From assembly GCA_026396515.1 (NCBI GenBank), contig JAPLWQ010000002.1, positions 125,575 through 189,574 on the forward strand: a stretch of DNA of 64,000 nt. Direction: 5' to 3'. Below, piece after piece: positions 51,257 to 60,553 of this stretch (positions are counted from its first letter, which is position 1; every line of letters starts with the position of its first letter). The notes below the pieces were generated by a model. The model did no database searches. It was given only the letters and a program-made list of their open reading frames with translations, and had not been told where the DNA came from. Both the position numbers and the translations under genes were made by a program. Source of the DNA: Candidatus Magasanikiibacteriota bacterium (GTDB lineage Bacteria > Patescibacteriota > Patescibacteriia > Magasanikbacterales > GWA2-37-8).

Positions 51257-51494
51257 CGTACAGCACAATATAGCATAAAAATCAGCATATTACAAGATTG
51301 AAACACAAATGAACGGGACCGAGCGAATTGAATTTTTGTTGAGGACAATCGCGGAATCCCGATGACAAAATCGGGATGAGCGTTAGGGCACCGAGTCCGC
51401 AGACGAGGCGACCCGTGTCCGAAACAAATATTCAATAAGCAAATCACATAAACAATACAGCGAGCCAAGTGGCCCGCTGTACTAAATGATATTT

Positions 51495-53723
51495 TTATCT
51501 TCCGCCTCTGAAACCTCCACCGCTCTTACGGTCGCGGCTGCCGCCTCCTCGTCCGCCGCCAAATCCGCCTCTGCGTTCCATCGGCGGCCGTTCCACATAT
51601 CCTTCCGGTTTTGGTAAAAGCGCTTTCATACTCAAATTTACCCGGCCCATACTGTCAATTTCTTTGACCACCACATTCACTTTATCGCCCAATTTCATCA
51701 CGTCACTCGGTTTACTGGTATAGGCCCAAGCAATATCGGTCACGTGCACCAGGCCGTCCTGACCCGGCAGTACATTCACGAACGCGCCAAAATCTTCCAG
51801 CCGGACAACCGTGCCTTCATATGTCTCACCGGCGGTGATTTCATGCGTGATGCTTTTCACCCATTCAATCGCTTTTTCCAAACCAACCGCATCGTTTGAT
51901 GTGATGTTAACCCGGCCATCCTGCTCAATATCAATCGACACACCGGTTTCATCAATAATCTTGTTAATCATTTTACCGCCCGGTCCCACCACATCACGAA
52001 TTTTTTCCGGATTAATCTGAATAGTGACGATGCGCGGCGCGTAGGGCGACATTTCCTTTCTCGGTTCAGCAATCACTTTTGCCATTGATTCAAGAATCTT
52101 GAAACGCGCCTCACGTGAACATTTAAAAGTCTCTTCAATAATTTCCCAACTCAAACCATCTGTCTTGGTGTCCATTTGCATAACGGTAATGCCGGAATCG
52201 GTGCCGGTAATCTTAAAATCCATACCGCCCGGTCCGTCTTCAACATCCTGCAAATCGGTAATCACTTTCCAATTGCCTTTCTTGTCGCTGGCCAACCCGA
52301 TGGCAATACCGGCGACCGCCTTTTTAATCGGTACACCGGCGTCCATTAAAGCCAAAGATGAGGCGCAAGTAGAAGCCATTGAGCTCGATCCATTGGAACC
52401 AAGCACCTCGGACACAACGCGCATAGCATAGGGAAAATCTTTTTCATCGGGCAAAACCGGCTGAAGCGCCCGTTCTGCCAGTGCACCATGCCCGATCGCC
52501 CGGTTGCCCGGACCACGCAGCGGCCCGGTCTCGCCATACGTCGCAGGAGTATCATTATAATGATGCATATAACGCTTTGTACCTTCTTCTTCCATCGTAT
52601 CCAGAGTTTGTACGTCGCCCGGTGCGCCTAAAGTTACAACCGACAAAACCTGCGTATCGCCGCGCTGGAACAAACCTGTGCCATGTGTTCTCGGCAAAAG
52701 CCCAACTTCAGAATACAAATCGCGAACGTCGCTTAAACCACGACCGTCCAAACGCTCGCTCTTTTCAATTATTCTTTTGGTGACAATTTCTTCAACATAG
52801 ATTTTTACGCGCCCCAAAACTATAGTCATTATTTTTTCATCGATCACCTCTGCTGTCATTTTTTCTTTTAGAGCATCGGAAAACCGATCAACCATGGCCA
52901 CGCGTTCAGCGCGATTCTTTTTTGGCGCGTCAAAAATCCAATCATCTTCATGTGAAGCGATAAATTCGCGTGCCTGCTTCTCCATATCCCGAAGTTTTAT
53001 TTCCGCCTCGGTCAAATTATTATGCAGGTCAATTTTTTCCTGACCGATTTCTTTTTGAATTTTCTTGATAAATTCAAGTACCGGCTCGAGCGACTTCGCG
53101 CCAAATTGCATGGCGGCAAGCACTTCCGCTTCCGGTTCCTCACTGGCGGCCATTTCCACCATTATCACTTTATCCGGCGTACCGGCTACTACCATGTCCA
53201 ACGTGCCCTCGTCCCGTTGTTTAAAAGTCGGATTGAGCACTAATTGACCGCCAACTTTGCCGACGCGCGCGCCGCCGATTGGTCCTTTCCATGGAATCGG
53301 AGAAACCGCTAAGGCCAAAGACGCGGCCACAAACGCCGGGACTTGTGAATCATTTTCTCCATCCCATGATAGCGCGGTAAGAATCACTTGCGTGTCGTTG
53401 CGCATAGAATCGTCAAAGAGAGGACGAATCGCCCGGTCAACCATGCGGCCGGATAAAATCGCTTCCTCACTCGGGCGCCCCTCGCGCTTGATGAACCGGC
53501 TGCCTTTTATTCTTCCGGCGGCATACAATTTTTCCTCAAAATTCACCATCAGAGGAAAAAAATCAATACCATCACGGGTATTTTTACTCATGGTGGCGGT
53601 TGCTAAAATTACGGTATCGCCATAGCGCACCATACATGAGGCCTGGGTTTGGAGAGCCAGCTTTCCGGTTTCAACAGAAAGCTTGCGGCCGCCCCATTCC
53701 ATGGACCAGTTTTTAACATTCAT
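51495..53723 (-). CDS. pnp: Polynucleotide phosphorylase (RNase PH x2, KH, S1, Gly/Arg-rich tail)
   Basis: 742 aa. Canonical PNPase domain order. C-terminal RGG tail. Confidence 0.9.
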   Translation of the reverse strand: MNVKNWSMEWGGRKLSVETGKLALQTQASCMVRYGDTVILATATMSKNTRDGIDFFPLMVNFEEKLYAAGRIKGSRFIKREGRPSEEAILSGRMVDRAIRPLFDDSMRNDTQVILTALSWDGENDSQVPAFVAASLALAVSPIPWKGPIGGARVGKVGGQLVLNPTFKQRDEGTLDMVVAGTPDKVIMVEMAASEEPEAEVLAAMQFGAKSLEPVLEFIKKIQKEIGQEKIDLHNNLTEAEIKLRDMEKQAREFIASHEDDWIFDAPKKNRAERVAMVDRFSDALKEKMTAEVIDEKIMTIVLGRVKIYVEEIVTKRIIEKSERLDGRGLSDVRDLYSEVGLLPRTHGTGLFQRGDTQVLSVVTLGAPGDVQTLDTMEEEGTKRYMHHYNDTPATYGETGPLRGPGNRAIGHGALAERALQPVLPDEKDFPYAMRVVSEVLGSNGSSSMASTCASSLALMDAGVPIKKAVAGIAIGLASDKKGNWKVITDLQDVEDGPGGMDFKITGTDSGITVMQMDTKTDGLSWEIIEETFKCSREARFKILESMAKVIAEPRKEMSPYAPRIVTIQINPEKIRDVVGPGGKMINKIIDETGVSIDIEQDGRVNITSNDAVGLEKAIEWVKSITHEITAGETYEGTVVRLEDFGAFVNVLPGQDGLVHVTDIAWAYTSKPSDVMKLGDKVNVVVKEIDSMGRVNLSMKALLPKPEGYVERPPMERRGGFGGGRGGGSRDRKSGGGFRGGR

Positions 53724-53818
53724 AAGAATGCCTTTCCGAAGCTGATTTGCGAGCTACAGACACTTCTTACGAAGAGTCTATCTGTCCGCGCACCAACTTC
53801 ATTAAATTGTTAAATATT

Positions 53819-54394
53819 TTATCGTTGTTTTACACTTCTCGGATACCTTCGATCTTGAATCAAAAACTTCGCCTTGTCCGCGCTTAAATCGGTAAAATTA
53901 TCAGCTACTTCACGCAATTTGCCCGAAGAAGTCTCGCCAAAAGCCATTACTTCAACCTGTTTACCCTGATTATATTTCAGATATTCAATTAGCGGTAAAA
54001 AATCACCATCACCGGAAACCAACACGATCGCATCTAAACTGTTTGACAAACGAATGGCATCTACGGTCAGACCGACATCCCAATCAGCCTTCTTTTCTCC
54101 GCCCCAGAATATCTGAAGCGGCCTGTGTTTTGTTTCAATACCTAAACTATTCAAAGCATCAAAAAACGGCTGCTCTTCCTTGGTTTCAGTGCGGACCACA
54201 TAGGCGATAGCGCGAATTAATTTTCGGCCAGCCACCCCTTCTATCAGAATATTACCAAAATTAACCTTTGCGCTAAAAAGATTTTTTGCGCTGTAATACA
54301 TGTTTTGCACATCAATAAACACCCCAACTCTCTGATCGGGGTGCTTAAGCGGATTACTTTTTTTGTTCAGGTTGGGCTTCATCATCATTTGCAA
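53819..54394 (-). CDS. NYN/LabA-like (PIN-fold) protein
   Basis: 191 aa. VGVFIDVQNMYYSAKN...AIVLVSGDGDFLPLIEYLK (LabA/NYN signature). Confidence 0.6.
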   Translation of the reverse strand: MQMMMKPNLNKKSNPLKHPDQRVGVFIDVQNMYYSAKNLFSAKVNFGNILIEGVAGRKLIRAIAYVVRTETKEEQPFFDALNSLGIETKHRPLQIFWGGEKKADWDVGLTVDAIRLSNSLDAIVLVSGDGDFLPLIEYLKYNQGKQVEVMAFGETSSGKLREVADNFTDLSADKAKFLIQDRRYPRSVKQR

Positions 54395-54731
54395 TTAATA
54401 CTTCTTCTTCCACCGGCTCTTCATCTTTTCCTGCGCCTACCTGGCGAGGATTTTTCGCCAATCTCGCCTGCTTTATTTTTAACTTTTTGGAAAGCTCTTC
54501 AAACGATTCCGGGTTGTCTTTTTTAAGATATTTCATTAAACGCCGGCGGGTGCTTACTTTGCGCAATAAACCTCGGCGGGAAGAATGATCTTTTGAATGC
54601 GTCTTCAAATGCTTAATCAGCTCATCGATTTCCGCCGTTAAGATTGCAATCTGCACTTCACTTGAACCGGTATCTCCATCATGGATAGCAAACTTTTTAA
54701 TTAAAGTCTGCTTTTTCTTTGTTTCTAACAT
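54354..54731 (-). CDS. rpsO: 30S ribosomal protein S15 with ~35-aa acidic C-terminal extension
   Basis: GDTGSSEVQIAILTAEI..L..H...HSKDHSSRRGLLRKVSTRRRLMKYLKK matches S15. Likely start MLETKKK (the ORF track extends to 54755). 3' end overlaps the NYN gene start by ~40 nt. Confidence 0.75.
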   Translation of the reverse strand: MLETKKKQTLIKKFAIHDGDTGSSEVQIAILTAEIDELIKHLKTHSKDHSSRRGLLRKVSTRRRLMKYLKKDNPESFEELSKKLKIKQARLAKNPRQVGAGKDEEPVEEEVLIANDDEAQPEQKK

Positions 54732-54845
54732 ACATGCATAATATTTACCGAGCACGGAAAAGGCATATACTTCGCCGGTTCGGAGGGCATAGAACCCTTA
54801 ATAAAGTACTTACAGAATAGCAGAATAAGTAATTAATGTCAATAT

Positions 54846-55313
54846 TTATGGACAAGGCCCGGAAATAACTTCACCTCCGCCATCTGAACAATATGTTTTT
54901 TCTTCTTCGCTCAAAATGGCTCCACATGAACCGTCCGAAAAAAGACAAGACGATTTGCCTGCTACTCTACTTAGAATGAACGTTGTTATAGCATAAGATG
55001 CGGCGATAATAACTAACCCTATAATCGCCGCTTCAAGAATACCTTTCGCCTCAGCCACCTTATCTTCTTTGCCACGAGCCGTTAGCCATGTAAATCCGCC
55101 ATAAAGGGTGAGGGCGAAGAAAAGAATCGCCACAATTCCAAGAACAGTGGAAACAATGCTTTGAATCCGACCCGTAATTGAACTTGATGCACCGGTAGTC
55201 TCATAACCGGCTTTTGTCGCCGTATCCTTCAAACCAAACCCGGCCGAAAGCGCTTGACCACCGAAAAACAGCAAACCAACAACCGCAAAAATTAATATTA
55301 TTTTTTTGTGCAT
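54846..55313 (-). CDS. TrbC/VirB2-like (T4SS pilin-like) two-helix membrane protein, outlier copy with Cys-rich C-terminal tail
   Basis: 155 aa. Signal peptide. Conserved core ILFFALTLYGGFTWLTARGKEDKVAEAKGILEAAIIGLVIIAASYAITTFIL shared with the 57457-62863 array. Tail is KSSCLFSDGSCGAILSEEEKTYCSDGGGEVISGPCP. Confidence 0.5.
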   Translation of the reverse strand: MHKKIILIFAVVGLLFFGGQALSAGFGLKDTATKAGYETTGASSSITGRIQSIVSTVLGIVAILFFALTLYGGFTWLTARGKEDKVAEAKGILEAAIIGLVIIAASYAITTFILSRVAGKSSCLFSDGSCGAILSEEEKTYCSDGGGEVISGPCP

Positions 55314-55403
55314 ATCAGGCGAAAATGATAATTAATATCATATATTATACCTCATCTTGATTTTTCGGGCAAAATATGCTAAAATTGCTATGTTTTGTCA
55401 ACT

Positions 55404-55475
55404 GGCCCCGTAGTTCAAAGGATAGAACAACAGCCTTCTAAGCTGTGGATCTAGGTTCGATTCCTAGCGGGGTCA
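55404..55475 (+). tRNA. tRNA-Arg (anticodon TCT)
   Basis: GGCCCCG-UA-GUUC-AAAGGAUA-GAAC-A-ACAGC-CUUCUAA-GCUGU-GGAU-CUAGG-UUCGAUU-CCUAG-CGGGGUC-A. Confidence 0.75.
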
Positions 55476-55502
55476 CGATTTAATAAATATTTCGAGAAAA
55501 AT

Positions 55503-56042
55503 ATGAACGAACGAAGCCAGGGATTCACGCCGGATTCAGCGACCAACGAGGCACCCAAAGAAATTCCCGAAAAAGCCGACATTCATCAAGAAGCCACCGC
55601 AGAAGAAATGGCTTATTTGGAGTGTTTCTTAAAAGATCATCCCGAAAAGATAGCCGCGATAGAAACCAGAAGAGATTGCGAACAAGAAAAACATGAATTA
55701 CAGATGCTTCTCCAAAATTTTGAAGAGGCCCATTCTCTCGAGGAACTCAACGCCATCCCGGATGTGACACCTGAACTTTATAACCTTTTTGCGCACGACC
55801 GAGACATGTCCGCGGAGCAAATTGAATCTGCGCTTGCCAATCTCTCGCCGGAAGATGCCAAAAGATACCAAACAAGATCGCCGGCGATAAAAGATCTGAA
55901 ACCAATTGTTGCATTAATGAACAAAATGGAAAAAGAGACAAATATTTCACAGGCCGAATTCGACAAATTGAGGACCGCATATAAAGTATTATCTCGTGCT
56001 GTCGGTATGATAAATAATAATAAGGTCGACCACACTAGATAA
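55503..56042 (+). CDS. Acidic hypothetical protein
   Basis: 179-aa ORF. Coding-like. No family recognised. Confidence 0.4.
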   Translation: MNERSQGFTPDSATNEAPKEIPEKADIHQEATAEEMAYLECFLKDHPEKIAAIETRRDCEQEKHELQMLLQNFEEAHSLEELNAIPDVTPELYNLFAHDRDMSAEQIESALANLSPEDAKRYQTRSPAIKDLKPIVALMNKMEKETNISQAEFDKLRTAYKVLSRAVGMINNNKVDHTR

Positions 56043-56144
56043 ACGGTAAGGCACCACATGCCATGCCGAGATACAAGCAAAACGACCCGAAGATCTTGAT
56101 TTTTCCAACAAAACCTGATAAAATTCAAAAGTTGAAAATTACAT

Positions 56145-56216
56145 GGCGGCTATAGTTCAATGGTAGAACACTGGTTTGTGGTACCAGTCACCTGGGTTCA
56201 ATTCCCAGTAGCCGCC
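56145..56216 (+). tRNA. tRNA-His (anticodon GTG) with encoded G-1
   Basis: G-GCGGCUA-UA-GUUC-AAUGGUA-GAAC-A-CUGGU-UUGUGGU-ACCAG-UCAC-CUGGG-UUCAAUU-CCCAG-UAGCCGC-C. Extra 5' G pairs with C73 as in tRNA-His. Confidence 0.75.
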
Positions 56217-56381
56217 CTAAATAAAGAACGTCCCAATTTTCGGGACGTTCTTTATTTAAGAAATTTTCTGGGAGTTGAGCTCAATTGACTTTTATATCCT
56301 ATATATACCACTAATATGAGCCATCTTGAAAACCTCAACATTGCCAAAACCCTGTATTTTTGATAAAGTATTCCATACCCT

Positions 56382-57467
56382 ATGACCACTCCAAAAAAAA
56401 TTTTATTTGTTTCCTGTTCCGCCGGCGCCGGCCACAAACGCGCCGCCGAGGCCTTACGTTTAACATGCGCAAAAATCTATCCTGACATTGAAGCCAGGCA
56501 TATTGATTTAATCGACTATTCAAACGGATTAGTTAAAAAGACCGCTTCAAGCTATCATTTTTTAGCAAAACATCTCCCCGATGTTTATGGCTTACTTTAT
56601 GATGGATCCGATTCAACCATTGCCGCAAAATTTTTAAATTATTTTTCTTCAATTTTTCAAATTAATACAAAAAAGTTGCGCCGGTTTGTAAAACAATATA
56701 ATCCGGACCGAATAATTTGCACGCATTTTTTGGCTTCGCCCTTTCTAAAATCATTTGCCGAAACAACTCCGCTCGATATGCTCATCACTGATTATGAGTT
56801 GAACAAGGTAGTACTGGATCCAAAAATACGATATTTCTTTGCTCCTGAAAAAGGCATAGCTGACGAGATATCAGCACTCGGACGTCAGGCATATGCCACG
56901 GGCATACCAATACATCCGCAATTTTTTGAACAAAAAAATTTCAATCAGACATTGAATGATTTCGGACTAAATATTGATATTCCAACGGTACTGGTTATGT
57001 CCGGCGGAACCGGTCTGGCAGATACCACCTCTTTGGTCAAGAAAGTCCTAAAAAACCAACAGAAGATGAACTTACTGGTTATTTCCGGAAAAAATAATCG
57101 CCAATTATACGGCAAGCTTTCCCGTCTTACGGCGCCTTCAAACATTAATTATAAAATTGTTGACTTCACCGAACGCATTGATGAGTTAATGAAAACGGCA
57201 GACTTAATAATAACAAAACCGGGCGGTTTAACTATTACCGAATGTATGCATTTAGCCAAGCCTCTTCTTCTCGTAAGCCCCATCCCCGGACAGGAAGAGG
57301 CAAACATTCGTTTCCTGGAAAAAAATAATTATGGCCGGCTTGTGGCCGACCATAATGAAATTACGAATTTGATTGATCTTGTCCTTAACGGTACATTGAA
57401 ATTTACCAGCCCTGTTCTTCCCGTTAATGCTGCTGAAACGATATTACAGCTTTCGTTTACGGATTAA
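56382..57467 (+). CDS. GT28-family glycosyltransferase, processive diacylglycerol glycosyltransferase (UgtP/YpfP, MGDG-synthase)-like
   Basis: 361 aa. N-terminal KILFVSCSAGAGHKRAAEAL (MGDG synthase / UgtP N-terminal signature) and C-terminal GT28 domain (TKPGGLTITECMHLAKPLLLVSPIPGQEEANIRFL). Confidence 0.6.
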   Translation: MTTPKKILFVSCSAGAGHKRAAEALRLTCAKIYPDIEARHIDLIDYSNGLVKKTASSYHFLAKHLPDVYGLLYDGSDSTIAAKFLNYFSSIFQINTKKLRRFVKQYNPDRIICTHFLASPFLKSFAETTPLDMLITDYELNKVVLDPKIRYFFAPEKGIADEISALGRQAYATGIPIHPQFFEQKNFNQTLNDFGLNIDIPTVLVMSGGTGLADTTSLVKKVLKNQQKMNLLVISGKNNRQLYGKLSRLTAPSNINYKIVDFTERIDELMKTADLIITKPGGLTITECMHLAKPLLLVSPIPGQEEANIRFLEKNNYGRLVADHNEITNLIDLVLNGTLKFTSPVLPVNAAETILQLSFTD

Positions 57468-57894
57468 ACGGCTGATTCTCACTGCTTGGCGGATTTACTT
57501 TTAAGGCATCACGATTGCCGCCAATGGCAAGATAAGCGACAAAAATTGTAATTGAATAAGCGCAAATAACAATAACCAAACCAATAATTGAGGCTTTTAA
57601 GGTATTCTTCGCCTTTGTTATTTGTTCTTCGTTCCCGCCGGACATCATCCATAAAGCGCCGGCATAAAGTGTAAGGACCAGAAAAATAATACCAATTAGA
57701 CTTAATGCCGCGCGTATAATCGTTGCCGCTGTTACACGCGGGTCTTGAGGTTCGCTGTAACCGGCCCCCTCTTCCGCGGCCGCTGACAGTTGCCCTTCCA
57801 TTTCTGTAATGCTGGCCATCGCCCGGTCGGCAAATAGAAGACCTCCGAATAAAAGCAATCCGCAAATCAGGATTGTTTGTATTTTTTTATTCAT
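57457..57894 (-). CDS. TrbC/VirB2-like pilin-like protein, array member
   Basis: 145 aa. Signal peptide plus core IIFLVLTLYAGALWMMSGGNEEQITKAKNTLKASIIGLVIVICAYSITIFVA. Confidence 0.5.
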   Translation of the reverse strand: MNKKIQTILICGLLLFGGLLFADRAMASITEMEGQLSAAAEEGAGYSEPQDPRVTAATIIRAALSLIGIIFLVLTLYAGALWMMSGGNEEQITKAKNTLKASIIGLVIVICAYSITIFVAYLAIGGNRDALKVNPPSSENQPFNP

Positions 57895-57905
57895 ATATTT
57901 CTTTA

Positions 57906-58529
57906 TTAGTAATCAATTCCGCCCGCACAATTAAAATACGGAGTGCATGACTCACCAGCAAACCATTGCGCATCCGCCCATTTTTGTCCACAAGTTGCTG
58001 CAGAGGTAGTCTGCATACACTTTTTTTCCGCCTCCCAATAACAGCAACCCATACTCGTTTCCGGCCCCCACTGGCTTGAATCAGTACTCGGAGCCGATGC
58101 TCCAATCACAAAATTCATAACCAACGCCGTAATCCCATAAGCCGATGCCACGATAGCCAAACCGATGACCGATGACTTTATTATACCCTTGGCTTTTGTA
58201 ATTTTTTCTTCAGCGCCGGAAGCAGTCATCCAAAGAAGACCGGCATAAATAGTTAAGACCAAAAATATCACGCCAATTAATGACAATACTCCGCGGATAA
58301 TTCCACCAATGGTACGCGACAAGGCATATTGATCGCCGCTGGTATCATAACCCGATTGATTCGCGATACCCTGCGCCATACCGCCCTGCTGGAAACCAAT
58401 ATCAGGCGCAGCAAAAACTTGCGTTGATAAAAGAAAAAAACCGCCAAGTACTGCGACCGTAATGATGAACAATTTTTTCATAATGATACAATATTTTTTG
58501 AAATACGCTATTATTATGGCATGCAACAT
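57906..58529 (-). CDS. TrbC/VirB2-like pilin-like protein with Cys/Trp-rich C-terminal tail
   Basis: 207 aa. Core VIFLVLTIYAGLLWMTASGAEEKITKAKGIIKSSVIGLAIVASAYGITALV. Tail has 7 Cys (GCCYWEAEKKCMQTTSAATCGQKWADAQWFAGESCTPYFNCAGG). Confidence 0.5.
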   Translation of the reverse strand: MLHAIIIAYFKKYCIIMKKLFIITVAVLGGFFLLSTQVFAAPDIGFQQGGMAQGIANQSGYDTSGDQYALSRTIGGIIRGVLSLIGVIFLVLTIYAGLLWMTASGAEEKITKAKGIIKSSVIGLAIVASAYGITALVMNFVIGASAPSTDSSQWGPETSMGCCYWEAEKKCMQTTSAATCGQKWADAQWFAGESCTPYFNCAGGIDY

Positions 58530-59095
58530 TTATGTATTTCTCCGGGTGTAACATCGGCTGCGGTGCAATCCAAACTGGCATCCAATGTCTCTTCTTCTGC
58601 GCAAGGATTACTCGGATTTGCGCTACTATAGGCACAAGAGCCGCCTTTCGACATACAATCATTGCCACCACCCGAACCCCCGCCGGTTCCGAGACGCAAT
58701 AACACAAATGTAGTGATGGCGTATGACGATAATAATATCATCAATCCAATAACTGAGGTGGCAATTATCTTTTTCGCCCGGGTCACTTCTTCATCGCGCC
58801 CGGCAGCTTTTATCCAAACAAATCCGCCGTAAATAGTGAGAATTAAAAAAACCGTGCCCAAAATATAAAAACCGCCTTTTAATATATCTTCGGTAAAGGA
58901 AGAAACATCGGACGACAGCCCAACGCTCGTTTTCATACTATTAAGCTTTGCGCCGGCCGCTCCTATCCCTCGTGGCGCGTCATCGCCGGCAAAAACACAG
59001 ACTGGAATAATTAACCAGGCAATTATAGCAACAACAATTGTTTTGCGTAAATTCATATATTTCTTATGCACCACAACAGACTCGCTGGGTCTCAC
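58514..59095 (-). CDS. TrbC/VirB2-like pilin-like protein with Cys-rich C-terminal tail
   Basis: 193 aa. Core TVFLILTIYGGFVWIKAAGRDEEVTRAKKIIATSVIGLMILLSSYAITTFVL. Tail GGGSGGGNDCMSKGGSCAY...CCMP. Confidence 0.5.
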   Translation of the reverse strand: MRPSESVVVHKKYMNLRKTIVVAIIAWLIIPVCVFAGDDAPRGIGAAGAKLNSMKTSVGLSSDVSSFTEDILKGGFYILGTVFLILTIYGGFVWIKAAGRDEEVTRAKKIIATSVIGLMILLSSYAITTFVLLRLGTGGGSGGGNDCMSKGGSCAYSSANPSNPCAEEETLDASLDCTAADVTPGEIHKCCMP

Positions 59096-59552
59096 CGCTT
59101 GGTGGACAGGTGCCTATAACTTGGCCCGACGGACAGCTACTCATCGGCGTACAAACACCACCCAGCTTACTGCTACAATCTTCAGTTCCTTCAACATCAC
59201 CACTCTGGCCAAGCCGGGAAGCGACAAAAGCAGTAATTGTATAAGCAAACAAAATAATCGCCAAACCGATAACCGCTCCAATAATAATCTTTTGCGCTTT
59301 GCCAATCTTTTCTTCGTTACCGGACGCCGTCATCCACATGACACCGCCAACAACCGTTAACACTAAAAAAATCGTGCCCGTCACAGCCAGTATTGCCGTA
59401 ATAATATTCGCTGTGCTCGTGTTAAGATCTGATTCCAAACCGACTCCACCAACCGATTGATTCAACAAACCCGAGCCTAACGCATCCGCAAAAACAAACT
59501 GCGGCACGAAAATAATTAGCAGGGCAATGGTGATGAGCAGTATTTTTTTCAT
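59064..59552 (-). CDS. TrbC/VirB2-like pilin-like protein with Cys-rich C-terminal tail
   Basis: 162 aa. Core TIFLVLTVVGGVMWMTASGNEEKIGKAQKIIIGAVIGLAIILFAYTITAFVA. Tail ...CSSKLGGVCTPMSSCPSGQVIGTCPP...VCCGA. Confidence 0.5.
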   Translation of the reverse strand: MKKILLITIALLIIFVPQFVFADALGSGLLNQSVGGVGLESDLNTSTANIITAILAVTGTIFLVLTVVGGVMWMTASGNEEKIGKAQKIIIGAVIGLAIILFAYTITAFVASRLGQSGDVEGTEDCSSKLGGVCTPMSSCPSGQVIGTCPPSGETQRVCCGA

Positions 59553-59558
59553 AAAATA

Positions 59559-60551
59559 TTATTTGAGGTATTTATCACTAACATTAGCTTCAAATGTCCC
59601 AAGACAACACTTAACATCATTGTTCTTCTCCCAAACTCCATAGCAATAACCAGGTTTCAAATTTTTTGACGCGTTGTCGCAGGTAAATAATGTCGTATCA
59701 ATACAAGTGCCTCCAAGTTTTGCACAATTCTTACAACAAATCTGGCCGGTTGGGCAGCCTTGTGCGTCCTCCGATGGCTTACCGTTGTGAATCTCTGCAC
59801 AAGCAAATTTTTCTGCACAGAAAAATCCCGCTTGTTTTTCACAGGCGTTCTGCTCCTGAGCGCCGCCCTCTTCCTCTTTAGGCGCCATTGCCCCGGAATT
59901 CATCCAAGCTACATAGGCTTCGGGAGGCACACAACATTCAAGTCCTTCAGTACTGCATAAACCTGTAACAATTTTTTTATCTTCACATCCTTTTTGGGCG
60001 GTGTCGATGCATGCTCCCCCTCCATCTTTAAAGGCATAATCACACTCACTTACACATTTCTTACTTTTACATACTTGGTTCACGCCCTTAGCCGCGCATT
60101 CCTCGGCATATACTCCATCCGGCGTATTTGCGCACACCTGGCCCGCTTCTTGTATAAAGGTATCAAAAATAAAAATTGTAATGGTATAGGCGGATAGAAC
60201 AATCACAAGACCTATCACTGCTGACTGTAGGCGGCTCTTGGCCGCCCCCACTTTTTCCTGAGATCCGGCCGCCGTCATCCATGTAAAGCCGGCGAATAGA
60301 ATTAATATAAAAAAATAGACACCGACCAGCGATAAAGCAATAGACACTAAACTGCCTAATACTTTAGGAATACTTCCGCCTGTCGCGCCTGCAGAAATTT
60401 GGTTGGATGCGAGGCCTGATTGCGAGCCGGCAGTTGAGAGACCATACGGGTCATCTGCTGCTTTAACAATATTTATTGCCAACCATAACGAAGCCAACAT
60501 TATTGACGCGGCCACCACTGCCACAGTTAATTTTGAGAAATTCTTAATCAT
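59559..60551 (-). CDS. TrbC/VirB2-like pilin-like protein fused to ~200-aa C-terminal ectodomain with ~30 Cys
   Basis: 330 aa. Core GVYFFILILFAGFTWMTAAGSQEKVGAAKSRLQSAVIGLVIVLSAYTITIFIF followed by a long Cys-rich region (CANTPDGVYAEECAAKGVNQVCKSKKCVSECDY...CCKNCAKLGGTCIDTTLFTCDN...). Confidence 0.5.
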   Translation of the reverse strand: MIKNFSKLTVAVVAASIMLASLWLAINIVKAADDPYGLSTAGSQSGLASNQISAGATGGSIPKVLGSLVSIALSLVGVYFFILILFAGFTWMTAAGSQEKVGAAKSRLQSAVIGLVIVLSAYTITIFIFDTFIQEAGQVCANTPDGVYAEECAAKGVNQVCKSKKCVSECDYAFKDGGGACIDTAQKGCEDKKIVTGLCSTEGLECCVPPEAYVAWMNSGAMAPKEEEGGAQEQNACEKQAGFFCAEKFACAEIHNGKPSEDAQGCPTGQICCKNCAKLGGTCIDTTLFTCDNASKNLKPGYCYGVWEKNNDVKCCLGTFEANVSDKYLK

Positions 60552-60553
60552 AA

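Noticed and set aside
56252-56437. 61-aa minus-strand ORF between tRNA-His and the glycosyltransferase gene
   Set aside because: Overlaps the GT start and promoter region. No RBS. Likely spurious.
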